Assembly: GCF_036321535.1 (NCBI RefSeq)
Contig: NC_087437.1
Coordinates: forward strand, 99,760,001 to 99,824,000
DNA length: 64,000 nucleotides
Source: Camelus dromedarius
Lineage: Eukaryota
Direction of reading: 5' to 3'
Made by a program: the position numbers and the translations under genes. The notes under the pieces were generated by a model, which ran no database searches, was not told the DNA's origin, and saw nothing but the letters and a program-made list of their open reading frames with translations. Below, one piece after another: positions 54,991-64,000 of the stretch; position 1 is the first letter of the stretch, and every line of letters begins with the position of its first letter.

Positions 54991-55636
54991 CCCATTTGAA
55001 TTTTAGGTTTATGGCCAGTCAGCTCAGGCTACATTCTCGGATTGCAACTCCCCTGCAGTTTGATGTGTTCTTGTGACTAAGCTCTGGTATCGCTACTGTT
55101 TGAGCACATGTTTTATTCCCCTGCCTTTCCTCTTTGCCCACCAAGAGATGGTCAGCATTTGAAATACTGCTTTGAACCCCACAATGGAAGTCATATACTG
55201 ATGATAGCAAGGCTGCCCCAACAACTTATTTAATTAGACCACTTATTTAGAAACAATGTGAAAGAGAAATGTTATTTAACCTATGGTAAATTGGGCACAA
55301 TTTGTTGAAGCAAGCCAACCTGTCTCCTTCTTACTATAAGGACTGTCACAGATGACTCCACACTTTCTGGAATGCAGAAATGGAGGTACAATAAGGCTAA
55401 TCACTATAGGAAGAAACATGGTAGAAGAGCACGTTTGGAAGATGAAAAGATCATGTTATAATCATGTTGGTTACAAACATGTTAAATTTGAGATAATTTT
55501 AAAACATTCAAGTAGAGATGTTGAGTTGGTGACTATATATATGGATCTAGAGCTTTAAAAAAAAAAGAGCTGAAGATAAACTATTTTATTGGTACAATTC
55601 TGAAGCCAGCTACACATCAAAGGAAATATATATATT

Positions 55637-55667
<31 letters not shown>

Positions 55668-55902
55668 TTTTCTGTAATAATTCATAATAATCTCAAGTGC
55701 TAAAAGATAGGCTTTTTATTTCCATTTTATTAACTTCCAAATTTATCTTAGAGCATACATTTTAAAATTATGAATGTTTAGCATAAATAATCCATTTAAT
55801 CTCATATTTGTGAAGAAACTATTGTCTATAGCCTCTGAAAAGTTAGCATAGTATCTTGTATCAGAAAAATTACTTGTTTAGAGAGGTTAGATTATTGGTA
55901 AT

Positions 55903-56832
55903 TGTCATAGTTGTCTACTGCTGCATAACAAATTATCCCCAAATCTAGCAGCTCCAAACAGCAAACATTTGTTATGTCACACTTTCTGTGGGTCAGAAAT
56001 CTGGGCACAGTTCAGCTGGTGCCTCTAGTTTCACATCTCTCCTGAGGCTGCTTTCAAACTGTAGGTCAGAGCTACGTCCCAGAATTCAACTGGGGCTCAC
56101 ATGTCTGCTTCTGAGCTCTCTCAAGTGGTTATCAGAGAGCTTCCATATCTTGCAGCCTATTGAATTGAGGGCTTCAGTTCTTCACCATGCTACAGGGGCC
56201 TCTCCACAGGACTGCCAACAGCATGGCAGCTTGTTTCCCCCCAGTGCAAGTAATATGAGAGACAGAGCAAGAGACACAGAGAGAGAGACTATTACAGATG
56301 GAAGTTACAGTCTTTTAAAAACCTAATCTTGAAAGTGCCATCCTATCACTTCTAAAATAGTCAAGATCACAAAAGCAGAGAATAGAATGGTGGTTACCAG
56401 GGGCTGGAAGGAGGGGGAAATGAGAGGGTACCAAGTTTCATTTATGCAAGATGAATAAGCCCTGGAGATCTAATGTACGACAATGTGACTACAGGTAACA
56501 ATACCATATTATGTACTTGAAATTTGTTGAGAGAAGATCTTAAGTGTTCTCACCACCCAAAAGGTAAATATGTGAGGTGATAGATTTGTTAATTAGCTTG
56601 ATTGTGACAATTATTTCACAATGTGTGTATATATATATATCAAATAGCAAGTTGTATACCTTAAATATATACAATTTTCATTTGTCAATGATACTTTAAT
56701 AAAGATAAAAAAAGAGATAAGAATTTTTAAAAAGTCAATCAGTAAGCCCAGCCGACTCAAGGGGAGGGGATTACACAAATCTGTGAATAGTAGGAGGCAG
56801 GGATTATTGGGAGCCATTTTAAAGGCTGTCTG
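55903..56832 (-). mobile_element. MaLR MLT1F-like LTR split by an L1 insertion
   Basis: ctactgctgcataacaaattatccccaaa...ctgtgggtcagaaatctgggcacag; resumes at aagtcaatcagtaagcccagcc...gggagccattttaaaggctg. Confidence 0.8.
56353..56722 (+). mobile_element. L1MA9-like 3' end inserted in the MLT1 LTR
   Basis: ctaaaatagtcaa...agcagagaatagaatggtggttaccaggggctgg...gatcttaagtgttctcacca...gtatacct. Confidence 0.85.
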
Positions 56833-56847
56833 TACAGTAATCAAGGT

Positions 56848-57090
56848 ACAGAAAACAAAACTGTGGTTACAAAGGAGAGAGGAAAGGAGAAAGGATAACT
56901 CAGGGGTTTAGGGTTAACATACAAACTACTATATATAAAATAGATAAGCAATAAATATAGCACAGGGAATTATATCCATTATCTTGTAATAACCTATAAT
57001 GGAATGGAATGTATAAAAATAATAAATCACTATGCTGTATGCTTGAAACTAACACAATATTGTAAATCAACTAATTTCAATTAAAAAAAG
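56848..57090 (+). mobile_element. Cetartiodactyl-type L1 3' end
   Basis: tgtggttacaaagg...actactatatataaaatagataa...atagcacagggaat...gaaactaacacaatattgtaaatcaact. Confidence 0.85.
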
Positions 57091-57576
57091 AGTCCCTAAT
57101 GATGTTAATGTAACTTTTATGAGGGTACATAAATTCTCCCAGTTATAAATTTTGGGGTTATAATCAATATTAAACTTCTATATAATATATAAACACACAC
57201 ACACGTTGTGGTTAGCACTCTGTGGGATACAGAGATAAATGTCATGGAACTTGAACTCATTAATAAGTTTCTTTTATAACATGTGGGTTATTTACTCCTC
57301 AACTGGAAACATATTATTTTGGGAATTCAGCTAAATGTACATGCATTCATATAATCCCATATGGCAAAATGGGGTATGATAAAATACAGTATTTTTTCAT
57401 ACATAGAAATAAGTCAAGCAATGCCTTTGTATTGGACACTGTAAATGTTATAGGAATAATAGATATTAATAATTATATTATATTTTAGAATTGATATTCT
57501 TAGCTTTCACCAATGAAACATTTTTATTCTTAAAAAATGAGAATTGAAATTTTTTTTAAATATGCAATGGTGTCAT

Positions 57577-57970
57577 TAAAGAGAAAGAAAAATGCCATAT
57601 GACATCATTTATATGAGGAATTGAAAAAACTGTAACAATAATAATGACACAAATGAACTAATTATTATTTTGATTTCTTAAATATGTGTAAGCATATTTG
57701 ACTGTCCTTTATGATTGGATTACCACATTCTATTGATTCTTATTATGTAGTTGGCTTTATCCCTTTGATAACTATGTAAGTTCAAAAAGCTAAAGATCTA
57801 ATCTGTTCTTAGAAACAATGATTAGTACATATATGTAAACTAAAAAAAATGCAGTATACTCTATATGTGTATTTACATGCAGTATAATGTGTATGTGCAG
57901 TCAAACTGTAATAATTCTACCTAATAAAACTGAAAAAGGAAAAAAAATTAAAAATTAAAAATTAATTAAG
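57577..57970 (+). mobile_element. Probable L1 3' fragment with an atypical tail
   Basis: 57577-57662 matches the ORF2 end of the young L1 copies; followed by AT-rich sequence ending in aataaa and an A-rich tail. Confidence 0.4.
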
Positions 57971-59199
57971 AAAAAATAAGGCAGCCCAAAACTCCACTAA
58001 AGTAATTTTGGCACCTCAGGAAAAAAAATTGTAATGGTGAAGAATGTAAAATGCTTTTACATCATATTTGTTAAAATAAAATTCAAAAGGAGGGTTATGA
58101 TAAACCTCTACAAAGCTTCTTAAAAATTCATTGCAGATATGATCCCATTTTTTAAGTATTAAGATTAATAAAAAGTAATTAAATTAAGATAATTAACATA
58201 AAATATAGTGTTCATGCTCAGTAGGGTTACTTTAAACTGGATTATAATTGAAAACTGACATCTTTTTACCCAGCACACTAACCAAAGGCTTTTATTTCAT
58301 CTTGAGAAGATTACATATCAGTATAAATCCAGAGATTAGAAAAACTCTTTGTAATTACATAAATTGCCTGTCTAATATCATATCAATTTAAATGTTACAT
58401 AAAGATAGAGCAAGAAAACTGAAAAGTTAAAATAAATAATCACTTAACTGCTGGAGAAAAGTTCGTAGTGTTCCTCTATCAGAAAAATATCAAAGATTTT
58501 TCAATTCCTTATTGATCAGCTCATTTCCATAGTGTGAAACTTTATAAGCTATTGAACTAGGTGAAAAAGAACAGATACATTTGAAAGTTGTAAATAAATA
58601 TTGTGCTAATTCTCAGATCCAGATAAAAATGTAAAACATTTGCTATATTATTGCTTCATTTGGCACATCAAATTAAACTTATATGGTAAGTTCTCATAGT
58701 GCATAGGAATTATCCCTGTATATAAGCACTATTGTTGTCTAAATTTGTAGTATATCAATGGTCATATTTAAAATTATTGCTTTACAATTTAAACAAAAAT
58801 CAATTAAGAAATATTTGGGTAGATAAAGCATTGACTGGTTAGGTAGAGATAATTCACTAGGCAAAAGATTCTCCGGTCAGTAGAGAACTTCTCATACTTT
58901 GAGTAAGAAGAGCATCAGTTGGATACAAAATATCCACTAGTCACTCAACTATTAGATTCTAACAAACATTGGTTAAGCACTTCTTATGTGACAGATATTG
59001 TAGTAAGCACTCTGGAATACAGGGATAAATAAAAAGATAAGGACAAAGATAATATTCGAAGTGATCCAAGAAGCACACCACAGATAATGTCAGGAATCTA
59101 ACTTCAAGTACTATATAATATAATATGAAAGTTATTAATTTCCTAATTTGAAACTTACGTGATTTTTTTGGAGCTCAGATAAGAAACTACTGAGAATCT

Positions 59200-60620
59200 T
59201 CCCAAATGAGTCCACACATAAGTTCCTTTTCTTTTCCTAGAAATCATGCAAAAACCATTTGTATTCAGATAAAAGGAGAGAAGAGAGGGCTTAAAAAAAA
59301 TAATTTCCCAGAAGGGAAATTTTAGCACAAAGCAGTCTATAGATAATTGTCAGAGGAGAAAATTTGGATTTTAACAGTACAGAAAATTCCTGCAAATAGT
59401 TTGTCCAGGAAAACTCCAACTTATTCAGTGATGTGATCTACATCTTTGAGGGGACATTATTCAACCTTGTGTAGAACAGCACCTACACAAGGACAACAGA
59501 CAAAATGAAGCACAAGACGTAATGGTTTACACTGCAGAATAAACCTACTGTCACAGTGCCTATGAAAAATCTGAACAACTATTTCAGCATGGATTGAAAA
59601 TTACGACCTTATGAAACAAGAGACTCTAAAACAATAGACTAGACACACAAATAAAGAACTCAGGTAAGAGATGTCAAGAAAATGTGTGAGCTGAAACATG
59701 AACTGCCTTATCTTAGAAAAGAAGTAGAAAAAGTAATTGCAGAAACAAAGGAAAAAATGAAAGCTACAATGAAGATTGGCCACTAAAAAAAGAAGGTAAT
59801 AAATAAGGCAAAGAGTAAAAGAGAAAAATGAAAGATAAAGACTAAATTAATTTAAAACATTAGCTCTTTAAATTAGGTAAAAGTGAAATACCCTTGATAT
59901 ATGCATAATTGGAGTCTCTGATGAGGAAGGCAAAAACAAAAAAAACCCAGAAAAATGTATTTGAAGATATAATTTTTAAAGATTCATGAAAGATCACAAA
60001 AGGACAAATACTGTATCATTTCACTTTCGTGATGTGTCTAAAATAGTCAGATTCAGAGACAGAAAGTAAGATGATGGATGGTGGTTGCCAAAGGTGGCGG
60101 GGAGGAGGGAATGGGGAGTTTTTGTTTAATGGGTATGGAATTTCATTTTGGGAAGATGAAAAAAATTCTGGAGATGGAGGGTGGTGATGGTTGCACAACA
60201 ATGTAAGTGTACTTAATGCCACTGTATACTTAAAAATGGTAAAATGGTAAAATTTATGTTACATATATTTTACTACAGTGAAAAAAATCATGAAAGAGGA
60301 CTTATCTTTTCATAACAAAAAGGAACATCTTCTGTTGTAAAGGAATTGACCTAGAATGGGCCAAGACAGTCCATTAAAAACATTGGAAACTGAAGATGGA
60401 GAGAGAGGCAACAGTCTCACAACACATGTAAAGGGAAAACCAGATCAAGCTAGTCTCAGATTTCTCCACAGAACCTTGCAATACCAGAAGTGAGTGGAGC
60501 GATATCTAAACAATACTTAAGGAGAGAAACCATGGACCATGGATTTTACATTCAGCCAGCTGTACTCAAGTATAAAAATTACAGGTAATTATTTAAATAT
60601 GCAAACATGGAATTTTATTC
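59200..60620 (+). mobile_element. Ancient L1/HAL1 ORF1-like region, degraded
   Basis: A-rich text with ataattggagtctctga (IIGV.E-like), aagctagtctcagatttctccacag, agattttacattcagcc-like motifs. Confidence 0.5.
59994..60287 (+). mobile_element. L1MB3-like 3' end nested in the older L1
   Basis: cacaaaaggacaaatactgtat...ggttgcacaacaatgtaagtgtacttaatgccactg; TSD tcatgaaaga at 59984-59993 and 60288-60297. Confidence 0.85.
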
Positions 60621-60702
60621 CCATTATTGGGTACATTTAAACTTTTTTAACTTACAGTAAGGGACAGTTTTACCAAATATTTTGCAACTGTGCAACATAG
60701 GA

Positions 60703-61179
60703 TGTTAGGTTGAATAATGTCCCCTCAAAGCTGTCCACATTCTAATCCCAGGACCTGAGGATATTAACCTTGGATAACAAAATGGTCTTTGCAGATGTAA
60801 TTAAATTAGGGATCTCGAGATGAGATTATCCTGGGTCATCTAGGTGTGTCCAAAACAAGCACAAGGGTCCTTATAAAATGGAGGCAGGAGGATGAGAGTC
60901 AGAGAAGGTGGTGTGATTTGAAGATACTATTCTGCTGGCTTTGAAAATGGAGAAAGAAGTAATGAGCCCAGGAGTGAAGACAGACTCTAGAAGCTGGAAA
61001 AGGCAAGGAAACAGATTCTTCCAAAGAACTGCCCTTAGGAAGCAGTCCTATCAAAATCTTGACTTTAGTGAGACTGATTTTGGATTTCTGACCTCCAGAA
61101 CTGTAAGGTAATAAATTTGGGTTGCTTAAGTCATTAAGTGTGTGGTAATTTGTTACAACAGCAATAGAAAATTCACACA
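60703..61179 (+). mobile_element. MaLR MLT1C/D solo LTR, near full length
   Basis: tgttaggttgaataatg...ctttgcagatgtaattaa...ctctagaagctggaaaaggcaaggaaacagattc...ttgttacaacagcaatagaaaa. Confidence 0.9.
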
Positions 61180-61979
61180 CATGGGTTATTAATTTCCCAA
61201 ATTTATATCATTATTTTCTCACTAATTTTCCAACCTCCTGTAATAAATGTGACACAAACACTCATAGGGGAATGGAGAAAATGAATTGGCTGCACAGTAA
61301 GTTTTGCTGATTGTCTCATTTAAGATACCTTTAACTGAAAGCTAAATATACTGGTTGAATTTGGCAAGTCAAGTGATGTAAGTTTATGCATATTTAACAG
61401 TACGAAGGTAAAAAGTAAGAAAAATAATAAAACCTTGGAAGAGAGAGAGGAGGGAAGAGAGAGAAAAAAGTACCAATTTTCTTATTATAGAAAACAAATC
61501 AACACTGTCTAAATCAATTTTAAAAAAAAGAGAGATTTTAGGATTATAAGTATAGCAATGGGGAAAAACCACCAAATATTTCTAAACATTAAATGCATGT
61601 GTACATGCACACAGACAAACACACACACTCTTAATAAACCAAAATCAAAGCCACACAGTACAAAAAAACATTAGCCATAAAAACAGAAAAATAACAAGAT
61701 AATATGAAAATTAAAAAGATGGACAAGAGTACACTAAGCAAATGCAAAACAAAAGAAACAGGCATAATTTTATTACCAACTAAAGTAGAACTCAGGGTGA
61801 AAGCATAAAGTGGTACAAAAAGGGGAACTTGATAATTATATAAGGTACAGTTTCACATGAAGATGGAATCGTTATGAACATCCATGTACCAAATAGCATA
61901 ACACCATTATTCAGAAGGCAGAAATCATAGAATATTCAAGCAGAAGTGTACTAAACTCACCAGCAGTTAGACACACAGT

Positions 61980-62295
61980 TACTCAATTTAACTTAATCCA
62001 GAAAATATATACTGAGCTCCCATCAAGCACTGGGAATACAGCAGTTAAAGACATAAACCAAGACTCCTCCCTCTGTGCATCTCGTGTCCTACTGTAGAGA
62101 GACAAAAAGTAAGTGAAAAAAGTAAAACGTACCACATGGTAGAACATGATCGATTCTACAGAGAAATTAGAGTTCTGGGGTGTGAGTTTCAATTTTATTA
62201 GAATGGCCGAGGAAAACCTCAATGAAAGGGTGCTTTTGAGAATGTTTTGAAAGAGGTAACCTGGATAAAGGAAGGTGGAGAGAGCGGCTGATGGG
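61980..62295 (-). mobile_element. L2 3' region
   Basis: tactgagctccc...aagcactgggaatacagcagtta...gaaaacctcaatgaaagggtgcttttgag. Confidence 0.6.
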
Positions 62296-62429
62296 AAATA
62301 GATAAAAGAGGCAGGGAGTAAAAACCACACTTTTCACTCTACATCTCCTGTACATTTTGAACAATGTAGTTTACAGTACTTTTCAAAAAAATTTAAAATA
62401 TACTGTTTAGGGAACCAGGACAATTTGGG

Positions 62430-62612
62430 GAAACAAACTGAACATAAGACAGACTATTTGGGTTTTGGTTCAGGTTCAGTTGTTAACTTGCTTGCGACTG
62501 TGGATGAGCCACTTAATCTCCTGGGCTTAGTTTCTGGATCTGTAAAAATGGTGGAGCTGGATTAAGCAAACTTCAGATTCCTTCCTCCTTTAATATTCTG
62601 TAGGTCTGTGAT
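62430..62612 (+). mobile_element. MIR/MIR3 SINE
   Basis: gccacttaatctcctgggcttagtttctggatctgtaaaaatgg...cccttcc...attctgt. Confidence 0.7.
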
Positions 62613-64000
62613 TTAATACAGTGTTCACCAAACTGTGGCCTAGGAAAATAGTTTTGGAGTCTAGCCGTTATTCAACCTTTTTATCAGCACTCAGTTCTCT
62701 GCTTCCTTGCAACACACAAATAATGAACAACTGTTTTTCTAACACTAAAATCACATAAATCAAATCACATAAAGAATAACTATTAGAAAACTCATGAAAC
62801 AGCACTTTTTTCAAAGGAATTCAAAACTAAACGACGATAGAAAAACTGCACCCCCCTCAAAATAATACCAGACTATCCCTTCTGGCCTCATCATCATCAT
62901 AATAAAATCATGAATATATTTTAATATATATTTAATATAAATCTGCAAAAATTACCTTTTTCTTCTCTTGTAGATTGCCATAGCTTTGGGGTAAGCCCGA
63001 GGAAATTTTCTGTTCATCTTAAGATTAAGCTCAATTAAAACTGTGGGTGAGATATTCCTTTCTCTATGTCATTTGGCAGTTCATGATGTGATATGATTTA
63101 CGTTAGTCTTACAGTAATGTGCCTAGATTCTAACTCCTGTCTCTGAATTTTATGGAATTAACTCCATAGAGTAAGATCTTATGTAAGTAAGATTTTGTTT
63201 CCTTGAAAACTCCCACAGCACATTCTGCAGAAGTGTGTTCAAATATGTGTTCAAATATGGTTCTATCTTGACTGATCCACGATATGAAGAAAGACATGAA
63301 GTGAAAGGTCATGTATAGCCCTTTCAGAGAATGACTTCTAAATTCTCCTACCTTGATGCAAATGAGCAAATCATCAAATAGGCCAAGTAAGCAAAGTCTC
63401 TCATGTCTACTAGGTCAACAGCTTTTCTCAAAGAGAAAAAAAATGTCCAACTATAAGATCCTACCACTTATACAGTAAAAATATTTGTGTGGTCACAAAA
63501 TAAAATAATGGTATTTTTTGCTCTTTGATCCAAGAAGCATTTGACACCCAGATATTTCCCTTAATAGCAACAAAGGGATGACAGTGACTTTTGTAAATAA
63601 ACCGCCTCAAAATGCAGATTGAATGAAGTTCCTTGAAAGCAAGATGGCAACATTCAGTACAATCTCCGTATATCCTGTGGAAACGTGAAATATGACAGGT
63701 GTTCCATTTTGGTAGAGTTTCTTTTTTCATTAATCTAAAGGTACTCTGCTTTCCCATGGAGACTTTCCTGAAACCAGGACTTGCTTAATCTAGGAAATGA
63801 TAAAAACCATTTCAAATCTTGCACTGTAGTCCGAATCAGCATTCCTTGCCTAAATACAGTCTCACATATTCCCACCCCTGTATGATTACAAGTTTATACA
63901 CAATCTTTTTCCCCATACCTGAAAGTAAATGTTTTGTGATTTTTTTCATCAGCATCACCTAATAAAACTGTATAACTCCCTAAAATCAGAGTGGTAGAAG

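Noticed and set aside
63234..63258. Short tandem duplications (also about 29922-29940 and 53778-53803)
   Set aside because: 9-13 bp slippage duplications are common background

Overview
AT-rich mammalian genomic DNA, almost certainly camelid (alpaca/llama/camel). The evidence is two tRNA-derived vic-1-type SINEs and young cetartiodactyl-type L1 3' ends; I saw no Alu, B1 or Bov-tA. No protein-coding host gene can be recognised, so the window looks intergenic or deep-intronic. The only ORF-track entries with a recognisable product are LINE-1 ORF2 fragments. The poly-R/E/K/S/L ORFs are read-throughs of a 307-bp purine microsatellite. The flanks (about 1-37 kb and 54-62 kb) are dense in L1, L2, MIR, LTR and DNA-transposon fossils, while about 37.6-53.7 kb is poor in large repeats and holds candidate enhancer motif clusters. 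Best-supported observations: (1) three independent 5'-inverted (twin-primed) L1 insertions of different ages; (2) a (GAA)31(GGAGAA)12 expansion that replaced an L1 ORF2 stop and A-rich linker; (3) a perfect 58-bp duplication with a templated spacer; (4) an orphan CpG-rich NRF1/RFX-like promoter signature at about 25.15 kb; (5) a tandem-GAS plus AP-1/ARE module at about 40.2 kb. I found no evidence of a new multi-gene system. Repeat subfamily names come from recalled consensus sequences and need RepeatMasker/Dfam confirmation. Boundaries of old repeats are approximate.
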